Under the pieces are notes generated by a model. That model saw only the letters and a program-made list of their open reading frames with translations. It was not told the origin of the DNA and made no database searches. 64,000 bases of DNA from an uncultured Actinomycetota bacterium (lineage in GTDB: Bacteria; Actinomycetota; Actinomycetes; Actinomycetales; Dermatophilaceae), in NCBI GenBank assembly GCA_963787805.1, contig CAWBEJ010000025.1:30475-94474 (forward strand), given 5' to 3'. The translations under genes were made by a program, and so were the position numbers. Positions 53,201 through 63,320 of this stretch are shown here, piece after piece. Positions within the stretch are counted from its first letter, which is position 1, and every line of letters begins with the position of its first letter.

Positions 53201-53584
53201 ATGGCGACGCACTGGACGTTGGGCTGTGACGCGAGCGACCCGGATCTCCTCGCGCGCTTCTGGTCCCTGGCGCTGGGCTACGTCGCGGAGCCGGGCTACG
53301 ACGACCCGGAGGGCGCGTCGATCGTCGACCCCGACGGGCGTGGCCCCGCGATCGGCTTCCTCCGCGTGCCGGAGGGCAAGACGGCCAAGAACCGGGTGCA
53401 CATCGACGTGCGGGTGGCCGGGGAGCCGCCCTGGGACATGGCCGACCGCGAGCGGCTGATCCGCACGAAGGTCGCCCAGCTCGTCGGCGGCGGCGCCACG
53501 GTCGTGCGCGAGGAGTCGCACGGGCCGCACCTCGGCCACGTCGTCATGCTGGATCCCGAGGGCAACGAGTTCTGCGTGGCGTGA
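53201..53584 (+). CDS. VOC/glyoxalase family protein
   Basis: LARFW..ALG, KTAKNRVHIDV, DPEGNEFC. Confidence 0.9.
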   Translation: MATHWTLGCDASDPDLLARFWSLALGYVAEPGYDDPEGASIVDPDGRGPAIGFLRVPEGKTAKNRVHIDVRVAGEPPWDMADRERLIRTKVAQLVGGGATVVREESHGPHLGHVVMLDPEGNEFCVA

Positions 53585-53609
53585 GGGCCCCCGGCCCGTG
53601 CGCGCCGCG

Positions 53610-54176
53610 CTACGCGCGCTCCGCCACGGCGCGCAGCCGCGCGACGTAGGACGCCCACCAGGCCTCGTCGGTCTCGGGCAGGTTGGGGTTGGCCGGCAGC
53701 AGGCCGCGGCGTCCGTCCAGCTGCTCCCGCAGGATGTCGAGGTGGCCGGCGTGCCGCCCGGTCTCGACGGCCATGTGCACGAGGAGGTGGTGCAGGTCGG
53801 TGTCCTGGCGGGTCCACCAGGGAACGTGGGCCGGCGCGTCGGCCGGGAGCGGCTCGATCCGCTCGTCGGCCCAGCCGGTGACCCGACGGTAGAGCCCGAG
53901 GATCGCCTCGGGGGACTCCTCCTCGGTCGCCCACATGTCGGCGTTGGGCTCGGCGTCGTCCGCCCAGAAGGCCATCGGCTCCGGCCACGTCTCACCGAGG
54001 CACATCCCGAAGTACTCCGCCTCGACACCGGCGAGGTGCTTGACGACGCCGAGCAGGTTCGTCCCGGTCGGCGTGAGCGGCATCCGTTGGTCCCGTTCCG
54101 GCAGCCCCTCCACCTTCCACAGCACCGCCTCACGCTGCGCCCGGAGGTAGCCCCATGCCATGGCCTTCGCATCCAT
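53610..54176 (-). CDS. DinB/DUF664 family protein
   Basis: TNLLGVVKHLAGVE, HMAVETGRHAGHLDILRE. Confidence 0.9.
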   Translation of the reverse strand: MDAKAMAWGYLRAQREAVLWKVEGLPERDQRMPLTPTGTNLLGVVKHLAGVEAEYFGMCLGETWPEPMAFWADDAEPNADMWATEEESPEAILGLYRRVTGWADERIEPLPADAPAHVPWWTRQDTDLHHLLVHMAVETGRHAGHLDILREQLDGRRGLLPANPNLPETDEAWWASYVARLRAVAERA

Positions 54177-54300
54177 CCCGGCAGCATGCCAGCCGGGCCG
54201 ACACGGCACGCCGCGGGACCCCGGCGGACTCTGTTCAGTGCGGCGGCCTGCGCGTATCGTGACGAGGTGCGGGGGTCACCCACACCCCAAGGAGTTCCTG

Positions 54301-54750
54301 ATGAACCGACCGGTCCTTGTGTTGGCGTCCGCCGCCGCCCTCGTCTTCCCTGTGCTGACGTTCGCCCCCTCCGCCGCGGCCGACGACGGTGGTCGTCCCT
54401 TCACTGTGGCCTTGACCGGCGCAGCGGAGCGTCCGGGGCCGGGTGATCCGGACGGCAGCGGGACGGCCACGCTCAGCCTCAATCCCGGTCAGGAGGAGGT
54501 GTGCTTCACGCTCACGGTCGAGAACATCGGGCTGCCGGCGACCGGCGCGCACATCCACGTCGGGGACGTCGAGACCTTCGGTCCCGTCGTGGTGGGCCTC
54601 ACCCCACCGGACGCGACCGGAACCTCCTCAGGGTGCGTCACCGCGGACCGCGACCTCCTGCGCTCGATCCTGAGGGACCCGGACGGCTACTACGTCAACG
54701 TGCACACGAGCGCCTTCCTGGCCGGGGCGGTCCGAGGTCAGCTCGGCTGA
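54301..54750 (+). CDS. Secreted CHRD-domain protein
   Basis: Signal peptide, GDPDGSG, GAHIH, YYVNVHT..F.AGAVRGQL. Confidence 0.88.
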   Translation: MNRPVLVLASAAALVFPVLTFAPSAAADDGGRPFTVALTGAAERPGPGDPDGSGTATLSLNPGQEEVCFTLTVENIGLPATGAHIHVGDVETFGPVVVGLTPPDATGTSSGCVTADRDLLRSILRDPDGYYVNVHTSAFLAGAVRGQLG

Positions 54751-55319
54751 GCAGGTACCGACGACTCCTCCGCGGGATCGCCCTGGACCGGCCCTGCAGC
54801 CCAGAGCTCCGGGCGGTGGGCGAGGGCCCAGAGGTCGAGGAGGTCCCGTGGCCACACGTCGTCGTCCGTCGCGGCCAGCTCGTCACGCGTCCACCAGCGG
54901 ATGTCCGCGACGGTGAGCAGCTCCTCCTCGGTGTGGCCGGTGGTGTCCACCTCGAAGGCCGGCACCCGCACGAGGAGGAACACCTCGGTCTGGTCGACCA
55001 CCTTGTCGCTGTAGCCGTGCACCACCGTGCGGGTGAAGAACGGGCCGACGAGCTCGTCCACACCGACGGTGAGCCCGGTCTCCTCCCACAGCTCACGAAC
55101 CGCCGCCTCGTGGTCGCCCTCTCCCGGGTCGACGCCACCCCCGGGGGTGACCCACCAGTGCGCGACGGGCGTGAGGCCGAGGTCCGAGTCGAGGAACAGC
55201 AGCATCCGGTCCGCCTCGTCCACGACGAACACCCGAACCGCCCGCCGGTCGCTGCGCGGCCGGTCCGCCGGGTGGGGAACGACGAACCCCGGCTGCCCGG
55301 GAAGGAGTGGCGACGACAC
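54738..55319 (-). CDS. NUDIX hydrolase
   Basis: Nudix box PGGGVDPGE...AAVRELWEETG. Confidence 0.9.
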   Translation of the reverse strand: MSSPLLPGQPGFVVPHPADRPRSDRRAVRVFVVDEADRMLLFLDSDLGLTPVAHWWVTPGGGVDPGEGDHEAAVRELWEETGLTVGVDELVGPFFTRTVVHGYSDKVVDQTEVFLLVRVPAFEVDTTGHTEEELLTVADIRWWTRDELAATDDDVWPRDLLDLWALAHRPELWAAGPVQGDPAEESSVPAQPS

Positions 55320-55367
55320 ACACGCCACGCTAACGGCGACCGGCATACCCACGGGTAACATCGCCCC

Positions 55368-55838
55368 GTGCCCGACACCTACACGCTCTACCGCCGCATG
55401 GCCGCCCGCCCATGGGGCAGGAGGGCCTTCTCGATCGTCTTCGCGCAGAAGGCCCCCTACTTCCGGACCGTCCGTCCCCAGGTCCGGGAGGTCCGCCCGC
55501 ACCACGCGGAGCTGTCCATCCGCAAGCGCCGAGCCGTCCAGAACCACATCGGCACGGTCCACGCGATCGCGGTGTGCAACGGCCTCGAGGCGGCGATGGG
55601 GCTTCTCGCGGAGGCCACGACACCGCCGGGGCGACGCTGGATCCCTCGGTCCATGCAGGTGTCCTACCTCGCGAAGTCGACGACCGACCTGCTCTGCACG
55701 GCCGCCACGGACCCGGGCGACTGGACCGACGTCGGCGACGTGCCGGTCAGGGTCCGGGCCGTGCGCACGGACGGCACGGTGGTCGTCGAGGGGGTCATCA
55801 CGATCTACGTCAGCGACAGGCCGCGCCTCAGTCGGTGA
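55368..55838 (+). CDS. Hotdog-fold / DUF4442 thioesterase-like protein
   Basis: APYF, VQNHIGTVHAIA.CN, WIPRSM.V.YLAK. Confidence 0.85.
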   Translation: MPDTYTLYRRMAARPWGRRAFSIVFAQKAPYFRTVRPQVREVRPHHAELSIRKRRAVQNHIGTVHAIAVCNGLEAAMGLLAEATTPPGRRWIPRSMQVSYLAKSTTDLLCTAATDPGDWTDVGDVPVRVRAVRTDGTVVVEGVITIYVSDRPRLSR

Positions 55839-56610
55839 GGCGGGCCCTGAGGCGCTCCACCTCGGCCTCCTCCCACCCGTGTGCGAGGAGCCACCCGACA
55901 GCGCCGCCGTATCCCTCCTCGAGCGCACGAAGGATCGTCTCGATCGACTCCGGACGGGGCACCTGCTCGCCGACCTGCTGCTTGGCCAGCGCCTCGCCAT
56001 ATGCGGGCCTCGGCCGGAGCCGGTCGAGGATCGCCTCGATCCGCTCGGCGGTGAGGACGTAGTCCGCGACGATCTCGTCGTGCGGGACGCCGGCCACGTC
56101 CAGTGCCATCGCCACCACCGTCCCCGTGCGGTCCTTTCCCGCGGCGCAGTGGACGACGGCCGCCCCCTCGGCATTCGCGACGACGCGCAGTGCTGCCGAC
56201 ACCGAGTCCGGCCGGGCGGAGAGGTAGCCCAGGTAGTGGTCCGCCCAGAAGCGGGCGTCCCGCTGCTTCTCCTCGTCACGCCACGGCAGGGCCAGAGCCT
56301 TCTCGGCGATGCGCTCGACGTCCTCCTGGCGCTGTTCGGGGATGAGGGAGTGATGGTGATGCGTCAGTGACTCGACCCGGCGAAGCGGGCCCGGCCCTTC
56401 GAGGTGCACCTCGACCTCGGTGCGGAGGTCGACGACGTCCGTGACCCCGAGCTCTTCGACGAGGCGCGTCACGTCGGCATCGGTGAGGTCCTGGAGGTTG
56501 TCCGAGCGGATCAGCCGGCCGGCTGCGATGTGCCCACCCCCGCGGGTGGGCAGCCCGCCGAGGTCGCGCATGTTGACCAGCCCGTCGAGCTCGATCCAGC
56601 GGTCCGTCAC
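55828..56610 (-). CDS. Tyrosine-protein phosphatase (PtpB/IphP-like)
   Basis: NMRDLGG, VDLRT, HCAAGKDRTG, DY..T. Confidence 0.92.
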   Translation of the reverse strand: MTDRWIELDGLVNMRDLGGLPTRGGGHIAAGRLIRSDNLQDLTDADVTRLVEELGVTDVVDLRTEVEVHLEGPGPLRRVESLTHHHHSLIPEQRQEDVERIAEKALALPWRDEEKQRDARFWADHYLGYLSARPDSVSAALRVVANAEGAAVVHCAAGKDRTGTVVAMALDVAGVPHDEIVADYVLTAERIEAILDRLRPRPAYGEALAKQQVGEQVPRPESIETILRALEEGYGGAVGWLLAHGWEEAEVERLRARLTD

Positions 56611-56666
56611 CCGGTCATCCTAGGTCGGCGCACAGGGACGGCCGGTGCCGGTGACAGGATGGCGGG

Positions 56667-57887
56667 GTGCCCCGACTGCCCGACGGCGACCTCGCGCCAG
56701 AGTCCGGCGAGCTGCCGCCGGCGGCCCTCGCGACGCTCCGCAGCAGCCGGCTCGGGATCTACGTCCACGTGCCGTTCTGCGCGGTGCGCTGCGGCTACTG
56801 CGACTTCAACACCTACACGCTGACCGAGCTCGGCCCCGGCGCATCGACGGCGGACTTCGCCGACTCGGCCCTCGCAGAGCTCGACGTCGCCGTGCGTGTC
56901 CTCGGCGAGGACGCCGGTCCGGTCGACACGGTCTTCGTCGGTGGTGGCACGCCGACGCTCCTCCCTCCCCGTGACCTCGTGCGGATCGTCGACGGCATCC
57001 GGGCGAGGTTCGAGCTGGTGGCCGACGCCGAGGTGACGACCGAGGCCAACCCCGACTCGGTCACCCCGGCCGGCCTCGAGGAGCTCTCTGCCGGAGGCTT
57101 CACCCGGGTGTCGATCGGCATGCAGTCGGTCGTGCCCCACGTGCTCGAGACCCTCGACCGCACGCACGACCCCTCCCGTGTCGTCACCGCCGTCGCCGGG
57201 GCACGGGAGGCGGGTCTCGCGACGAGCCTCGACCTCATCTACGGCACCCCGGGGGAGTCGCTCGACGACTGGCGGGCCAGCCTGGAGGCGGCAGTCGCCC
57301 TGGCCCCGGACCACGTGTCGGCCTACGCACTCGTCGTCGAGGAGGGAACCCGGTTGGCCGCCCGAGTGCGTCGCGGCGAGCTGCCGTTGCCCGACGGCGA
57401 CGACGAGGCGGACAAGTACGAGCTGGCCGACGAGCTGCTCGCGTCGGTGGGGTACGACTGGTACGAGGTGAGCAACTGGGCTCGGGACGCTGGCACCCGC
57501 TGCCGCCACAACGAGGGCTACTGGCGCGGCGACACCTGGTGGGGCGTCGGCCCGGGTGCGCACAGCCACGTCGGCGGCGTCCGGTGGTGGAACGTGAAGC
57601 ACCCGAGGTCGTATGCCGGGCGGCTCGCGTCGGGCGCGTCACCGGCGGCCGGTCGGGAGACCCTGACCGAGGCGCAGCGGCACGACGAGGAGGTGCTCCT
57701 CGGGGTGCGGCTGCGAGAGGGTCTTCCCCTCGACCGCCTCGACGACCTCGGCCACGAGGCCGTTGCCGGTCTCGTGGCCGAGGGGCTCGTCGACGGCCCG
57801 GCCGCGGTGCGTGACCGCCGGGTGGTGCTCACGCTGCGCGGGCGGCTCCTCGCGGACGGTGTCGTGCGCCGCCTGGTCGGCGTCTGA
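56667..57887 (+). CDS. hemW: Radical SAM heme chaperone HemW
   Basis: YVHVPFC..RCGYCDFN, GGGTP, YEVSNW, HN..YW. Confidence 0.95.
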   Translation: MPRLPDGDLAPESGELPPAALATLRSSRLGIYVHVPFCAVRCGYCDFNTYTLTELGPGASTADFADSALAELDVAVRVLGEDAGPVDTVFVGGGTPTLLPPRDLVRIVDGIRARFELVADAEVTTEANPDSVTPAGLEELSAGGFTRVSIGMQSVVPHVLETLDRTHDPSRVVTAVAGAREAGLATSLDLIYGTPGESLDDWRASLEAAVALAPDHVSAYALVVEEGTRLAARVRRGELPLPDGDDEADKYELADELLASVGYDWYEVSNWARDAGTRCRHNEGYWRGDTWWGVGPGAHSHVGGVRWWNVKHPRSYAGRLASGASPAAGRETLTEAQRHDEEVLLGVRLREGLPLDRLDDLGHEAVAGLVAEGLVDGPAAVRDRRVVLTLRGRLLADGVVRRLVGV

Positions 57888-57898
57888 CGGCGGGTGCG

Positions 57899-58456
57899 CT
57901 ACTTCACGAAGTTCGGCGTCATCGGCGGGTTCCACCACTCGCCGTTGTTCGCCTTCACCGCGCCGATGATGTGCACGATGACCGCGAACAGCCATGCCGC
58001 AGCGAACGTCACGAACCCGATGAGGACGAACATCAGCGGGATCGAGATGAGCATGACGATGCCGGCGATGATCTGCACGTTGAGCGCGTTCGCCGAGTGG
58101 TGCCGCACGAAGGGCCCACGGTCCCGGAACACGAGGTACATGACGAGGGCGACGACGAAGCCGAGTGCACCACCGGAGAGGACCGTGGCGCCGAGGGCCA
58201 CGCCGTGGGCGGCCATGCCCGTCGTGCGCTCATCCTGAGGCGTCATCGGCTTCGGCCCGCCTGCGTAGGGCAGCGTCTCGGCTCCCGGCTGGGTGGCAGG
58301 CGGGGGGGACGCGGGCGGTGCTGCCGGAGCCGGCGGCGCCGACGGGGACGGCTGCGGGGACGGCTGCGGGGACGGCTGCGGGGGCGGGGGCGGCGGGAGC
58401 GGCTGGGCAGCCGGATCGCTCGACGTCTCGTCGGGGCGGGGGTGGATGTCACTCAT
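57899..58456 (-). CDS. DUF4870 membrane protein with Pro-rich N-terminus
   Basis: DERT..M.AH, FVRHHS..ALN.Q, GAVKANNGE; RBS GGAGGAG. Confidence 0.85.
   Translation of the reverse strand: MSDIHPRPDETSSDPAAQPLPPPPPPQPSPQPSPQPSPSAPPAPAAPPASPPPATQPGAETLPYAGGPKPMTPQDERTTGMAAHGVALGATVLSGGALGFVVALVMYLVFRDRGPFVRHHSANALNVQIIAGIVMLISIPLMFVLIGFVTFAAAWLFAVIVHIIGAVKANNGEWWNPPMTPNFVK
58344..58379. repeat. 12-bp tandem repeat x3 (encodes PQPS repeats)
   Basis: GGGGACGGCTGC at 58344, 58356 and 58368. Confidence 0.9.
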
Positions 58457-58583
58457 CGTTACTCCTCCATGGGGCGGTCTCCCTCCATCAAACACCCGCC
58501 CGGCCCCTGGGCCGAGCCCTTCCAGGGTCAGGCGGGGACACGTCAGGGTCGGCTCAGGGCGGACCCCGACGCACACTGGACCC

Positions 58584-58895
58584 ATGGACCTCGTCGACCG
58601 AGTGCGAGAGGCGCTGCCCCCCGCGCAGGAGAAGCAGATGTTCGGCGGCACCGGTTTCATGGTGGCGGGAGCCCTGGCCTGCACCGTGAGCCGGCGTGGG
58701 CTGCTCGTCAGGGTCGGCACCGCCGACCAGGAGGCGCTCGTCGAGGAGGACGGCGTGGAGCCGATGGTCATGGGCGGCCGAGTGAGCCGTGGCTGGGTGC
58801 ACGTCGACCCACGCCTGCTCGACGACGACGCTGCACTGAACCGGTGGCTGGAGCGTGGTGTGGCCGCCGCCCGGGCGGTCACCCGGGGTCGGTGA
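58584..58895 (+). CDS. TfoX/Sxy N-terminal domain protein
   Basis: EKQMFGG..FMV.G, GLLVRVG, M.MGGR..RGWV.V. Confidence 0.85.
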   Translation: MDLVDRVREALPPAQEKQMFGGTGFMVAGALACTVSRRGLLVRVGTADQEALVEEDGVEPMVMGGRVSRGWVHVDPRLLDDDAALNRWLERGVAAARAVTRGR

Positions 58896-58963
58896 CGAAG
58901 TCGAGCAGCTCCTCCACCGGCGCTCGCGGCCAGCCGAGGTGCGCGGCGACGCCGGCCTTCCAC
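58879..58963 (-). pseudogene. Probable C-terminal remnant of a DUF3097-family gene
   Basis: WKAGVAAHLGWP..VEELLDFVTDPG* with coding-like codon usage, no intact upstream ORF; family assignment from recall. Confidence 0.55.
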
Positions 58964-59147
58964 GAGGATCCACCACGACGGCTCGCCGGCCGTGCACCGC
59001 ACGGGACCCGCTTGCGGTTCGTTCCCCGGCGGCGCGTGCCGCAGACAGCCCGGCGTTCCCAGCGGCACGGGGCGCCGCGACGGTAACGGCCGGCCTCGCC
59101 CGGCTCCGGGTGGCGCGCCGCCGGCATTCGGCGGCATCCCGTAGAAT

Positions 59148-59174
59148 CTGGCACTCACGGCGCGAGAGTGCCAG
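59148..59174. promoter_or_regulatory. CIRCE element (HrcA operator)
   Basis: CTGGCACTC-N9-GAGTGCCAG directly after -10 TAGAAT (59142-59147). Confidence 0.95.
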
Positions 59175-59215
59175 CCCCACCCGCCCGACCCGAGTCCGGA
59201 GGTGAAGAGGACCCG

Positions 59216-60247
59216 ATGAGCGAGGACCGCCGTCTGCGCGTGCTGCGTGCGATCGTCCAGGACTACGTCCACACCTCGGAGCCCGTCGGCTCCAAGGCGC
59301 TGCTCGAGCGCCACCACCTCGGCGTCTCCGCGGCGACCGTGCGCAACGACATGGCGGTGCTCGAGGAGGAGGGACTCATCGCCGCCCCGCACACGAGTGC
59401 CGGGCGAGTGCCGACGGACGCGGGGTACCGCCTCTTCGTCGACCGGCTGTCCGCCATCAAGCCCATGAGCGCCGCCGAACAGCGGGCCATCTCCCAGTTC
59501 CTCGAGGGGGCCGTGGATCTCGACGACGTCGTCGACCGCACCGTGCGACTCCTCGCGTCGCTGACCCGGCAGGTCGCCGTCGTGCAGTACCCGTCACTCT
59601 CGCGGTCGTCCGTTCGGCACGTCGAGCTCGTGCCGATCGGGGGCGAGCGGCTCCTCGTCGTCCTCATCACGACGACGGGCCGGGTGGAGCAGCGGGTCAT
59701 CGACGTCGGCATCGACCTGCTCACCGACGACGGCGAGCAGGCGCTGGCGACGTTGCGAGCCGAGCTCAACCGGGCGACGAGCGGCCGTACCCTGGCCGAG
59801 GCGTCGATTGAGCTCTCGGTGGTTCCCGAGCGGCTCGACCCGGCCCTGCGCGACCTCGTCCGCTCGATCAGCACCGCCCTGCAGGACTCGCTGGTCGAGG
59901 AGCGTGAGGAACGTGTCGTCCTGGCCGGGACCGCCAACCTCGCCCGCGTGGGACCGGACTTCACGACGAGCCTGGGACCGGTGCTCGAGGCGCTCGAGGA
60001 GCACGTCGTCCTCCTCAAGCTGCTCGGCACGGTCGCCGAGGAGGGCGGCAGCGTCGCCGTCCGCATCGGGCACGAGAACCCGTATGCCGGCCTGCACACG
60101 ACCTCGATGGTCACGACCGGCTATGGCGCCGGCACCGACCTCGTCGCGGGGCTCGGCATCGTCGGCCCGACCCGGATGGACTACCCGACGACGATGGCGG
60201 CCGTGCGCGCGGTGGCGACCTACGTCTCGCGGATTCTCGCGCAGTAG
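59216..60247 (+). CDS. hrcA: Heat-inducible transcription repressor
   Basis: [34 protein letters not shown]. Confidence 0.98.
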   Translation: MSEDRRLRVLRAIVQDYVHTSEPVGSKALLERHHLGVSAATVRNDMAVLEEEGLIAAPHTSAGRVPTDAGYRLFVDRLSAIKPMSAAEQRAISQFLEGAVDLDDVVDRTVRLLASLTRQVAVVQYPSLSRSSVRHVELVPIGGERLLVVLITTTGRVEQRVIDVGIDLLTDDGEQALATLRAELNRATSGRTLAEASIELSVVPERLDPALRDLVRSISTALQDSLVEEREERVVLAGTANLARVGPDFTTSLGPVLEALEEHVVLLKLLGTVAEEGGSVAVRIGHENPYAGLHTTSMVTTGYGAGTDLVAGLGIVGPTRMDYPTTMAAVRAVATYVSRILAQ

Positions 60248-60304
60248 ACCGCCGCTCCACCCCCACCCCGACCGACCACCACCGTCCCGGAGGACCCGCC
60301 AGCC

Positions 60305-61432
60305 GTGAACGACTACTACGCCGACCTCGGGGTCGCCCGCGACGCGGACCCGGAGGAGATCAAGCGCGCCTACCGCAGGGCTGCTCGGCGTCTCCACCCC
60401 GACGTCAACGCCGGCCCCGAGGCCGAGGAGAAGTTCAAGAAGGTGTCCCAGGCCTACGACGTCCTCTCCGACCCCGAGAAGAAGCAGGCGTACGACATGG
60501 GTTCGGACCCCTATGCCGCCGGTGCCGCGGGCTTCGGCCAGGGCTTCTCCTTCAGCGACATCATGGACGCGTTCTTCGGCGGGCAGACGGCCTCTGCGGG
60601 GCGCGGCCCCCGATCGCGCACCACCCGCGGCCAGGACGCCCTGGTCCGCCTTGACATCGACCTCGGGGATGCCGTCTTCGGGGGTCAGAGGGACCTCACG
60701 ATCGACACCGCCGTCACGTGCAGCACATGCCACGGGAACGGCATGCAGCCGGGCACCTCGACCCGCACGTGTGACGTCTGCGCCGGCCGTGGGGAGATCC
60801 AGCAGATCCAGCGCAGCTTCCTCGGGCAGGTCATGACGACCCGGCCCTGTATGACCTGCTCGGGCTTCGGTCAGCTCATCACGGACCCCTGCTACGAGTG
60901 CTCGGGGGACGGCCGGGTCCGGACCCGGCGGACCCTCACGCTCAAGGTGCCGCCGGGGGTCGACACCGGCACGCGGATCCAGCTCACCGGCGAGGGCGAG
61001 GTCGGCCACGGAGCCGGCCCGCGGGGCGACCTCTACGTCGAGGTCGCCGTGAACCGGCATCCGGTCTTCCAGCGGCGTGGCGACGACCTCCACGCGACGA
61101 TCGAGGTGCCCATGACGGCCGCCGCGCTCGGTGCGACGCTCGCGATGGAGACCTTCGACGGCCCGCGCGACCTCGACATCCGGCGTGGCACCCAGTCCGG
61201 CGACACCATCACCCTGCGCGGGCTCGGCGTCACGCACCTGCGAGGCACCGGTCGCGGGGACATCGTGGTGCACACCATGGTCCAGACGCCGAGCCGCCTG
61301 GACGCCGAGCAGGAGGACCTGCTCCGGCGGCTCGCGGTGGCGCGCGGCGAGGAGCGTCCCGAGGCCCGGATCGGAGCGCCGGGGGAGGGCTCCCTGTTCG
61401 GCAAGCTCCGCGACGCGTTCAAGGCCCGCTGA
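60305..61432 (+). CDS. dnaJ: Chaperone DnaJ
   Basis: J-domain HPD, four CxxCxGxG repeats. Confidence 0.98.
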   Translation: MNDYYADLGVARDADPEEIKRAYRRAARRLHPDVNAGPEAEEKFKKVSQAYDVLSDPEKKQAYDMGSDPYAAGAAGFGQGFSFSDIMDAFFGGQTASAGRGPRSRTTRGQDALVRLDIDLGDAVFGGQRDLTIDTAVTCSTCHGNGMQPGTSTRTCDVCAGRGEIQQIQRSFLGQVMTTRPCMTCSGFGQLITDPCYECSGDGRVRTRRTLTLKVPPGVDTGTRIQLTGEGEVGHGAGPRGDLYVEVAVNRHPVFQRRGDDLHATIEVPMTAAALGATLAMETFDGPRDLDIRRGTQSGDTITLRGLGVTHLRGTGRGDIVVHTMVQTPSRLDAEQEDLLRRLAVARGEERPEARIGAPGEGSLFGKLRDAFKAR

Positions 61433-61440
61433 CAACGGCC

Positions 61441-62184
61441 ATGACCCTGCCGCTCCATCTGCTGACGGGTGAGACGCTGACCGGCCGCGGCGTCGGGGAC
61501 GTCGTCGTCCTCGACGGCCCGGAGGGCCGGCACGCCGCCACGGTGCGACGAACCCGGGTGGGGGAGCGACTCCTGCTCACCGACGGCGAGGGGAAGCGGG
61601 TCGAGGCGCGGGTCGTCGCGGTCGGCGCCGGATCGCTGGACCTCGAGGTCGTCTCCGTGACCACCGACCCCCTGCCGAGCCCTCGGTTCGTCCTCGTCCA
61701 GGCTCTGGCCAAGTACGACCGGGACGAGCAGGCGGTCGAGGCGGCCACGGAGTGCGGTGTCGACGAGGTCGTCCCGTGGCAGGCGTCGCGCAGCGTCGTC
61801 CAGTGGCGGGGTGAGCGAGGCGAGAAGGCCCGGCGCAAGTGGGACGCCGTTCTCCTGGCCGCCACGAAGCAGTCACGCCGCACGCGTCGGCCGGTGCTGG
61901 CCGCCACGGCCACGACAGCGGAGCTCGCGGTCCGGGTCCGAGGTGCGGCGGCGGCATACGTGTTGCACGAGGACGCCCGGATGCCCCTGGCGAGCGTCTC
62001 GCTCCCGGCCGCCGGCGACGTCGTGCTCGTCGTGGGGCCGGAGGGCGGGGTGGCACCCGAGGAGCTCGCCGCCCTGGCGTCGGCCGGCGCGTCGGTGGTG
62101 CGCCTCGGCGGGACCGTGCTCCGGTCCTCGACCGCCGGCCCGGCCGCCCTGGCGGTGCTCAGCGCGATGGCGCGCTGGCGCTGA
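61441..62184 (+). CDS. rsmE: 16S rRNA m3U1498 methyltransferase
   Basis: EGRHA..VRR, ATE.GVD, KQSRR, VGPEGG, VLRSSTAG. Confidence 0.95.
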   Translation: MTLPLHLLTGETLTGRGVGDVVVLDGPEGRHAATVRRTRVGERLLLTDGEGKRVEARVVAVGAGSLDLEVVSVTTDPLPSPRFVLVQALAKYDRDEQAVEAATECGVDEVVPWQASRSVVQWRGERGEKARRKWDAVLLAATKQSRRTRRPVLAATATTAELAVRVRGAAAAYVLHEDARMPLASVSLPAAGDVVLVVGPEGGVAPEELAALASAGASVVRLGGTVLRSSTAGPAALAVLSAMARWR

Positions 62185-62193
62185 GTACCCGGC

Positions 62194-63320
62194 TCACCGC
62201 ACCGAGAAGGGCATCGTCGTCTCGGCCGAGACCTCTGCCCGTCCTCGGCGCTCTGCTCGTAGACGCGGATGGCGTAGGCGCCGGGGGAGAGGGTGCCGAG
62301 GTCGATCTCGTAGGTGCCGCGGCCGGGGGCGCCGTCCGACGCGGTGACGAAGCCCTCGTCGAGGACGTCGCCCTCGCGGAGCAGCTGCCAGGACACGGTC
62401 GCCTCGAAGACGGACGCCTCGCCGGTGACCGTCACCGGTCCGGAGCCGAGCTCCTGTCCCCGCGTGGGGGAGTTCACCCAGATCGGGGCGAGGTCCTCGT
62501 GGTAGAGGTCGCGCGAGGCCGGGCGGTTGTACGTGCGGTCGACCGGCTGGGTACCGAAGATCGCCTCGGAGCCGTCGGCGAGCACGAACCGGACGGGGAT
62601 CGTGCCCCGCCCCACCGCCGCCTGTGCGGTCCAGACGAGCTGCTGCACGCTGACGCGCTCGGTGTCCTCGGGGAAGGCCGTCCCGCCGGGGCCGGACAGG
62701 GTGATGGTGATCCGCGCGTCCGTGACGGCGACGTCGACGAGCTCCACCCCGTCCCAGGTGCGCAGGTACCCGTCGGTCCCGGGCGGCTCGGCGGTCATCG
62801 CCAGCTCGACCGCGGTGCGGGCCCGGAGCCGGTCGTCGGCCTGCCGGGTCACGCCCGGGACGGTCAGCCACTCCCGGTACAGCCGGGCCATGCGCGCGTC
62901 GTCGCCGATGGTCGCGACGTAGTAGACCGGAAGGGCGACCGGGGTCCCGGCCGTCAGTCGGCGGCCGGGGTCGAGGCGGTGCTCGTGGGCGACGGTGCGC
63001 CGCTGTCGGTGGGTCCGGCGGACGGGCTCGTCGTGGGGCCTGCGGAGCGGGCTGGTCAGCGGGCTCGACGTGGGGAGGGGGAGGTCGCTACCGGCGGGGA
63101 TGGGCTCCGACCCGTCCGGCAGGCCGAACCAGGCCCCGGCGACCACGGCCAGGACGGCAGCAGCGGCCGCGAGCGGCAGCCACCAGCTGGTCGACCAGGG
63201 CGACCGCGAGGACCGGGCTGTCCGGAGGATCTCGTCCAGCCGGTCGCCCGGCTCGATGAGTGCGGCTCGCTCGTCGAGCGCCACTCGCAGGGCCTCGACC
63301 ATGCGCTCGTCGTCGTTCAT
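62194..63320 (-). CDS. Membrane-anchored GerMN/Gmad2 Ig-like domain protein (probable anti-sigma partner); several apparent indels
   Basis: Short cytoplasmic N-terminus, TM helix, S/T/P linker, PVYYV..LYREW, VQQLVWT, G.ASVFEA.V.W; C-terminus EVSAETTMPFSVR in a shifted frame; ATGA overlap with sigma gene. Confidence 0.75.

Noticed and set aside
58344-58379. Tandem repeats as possible CRISPR or phase-variable tract
   Set aside because: Three in-frame 12-bp units without spacers in a Pro-rich linker.
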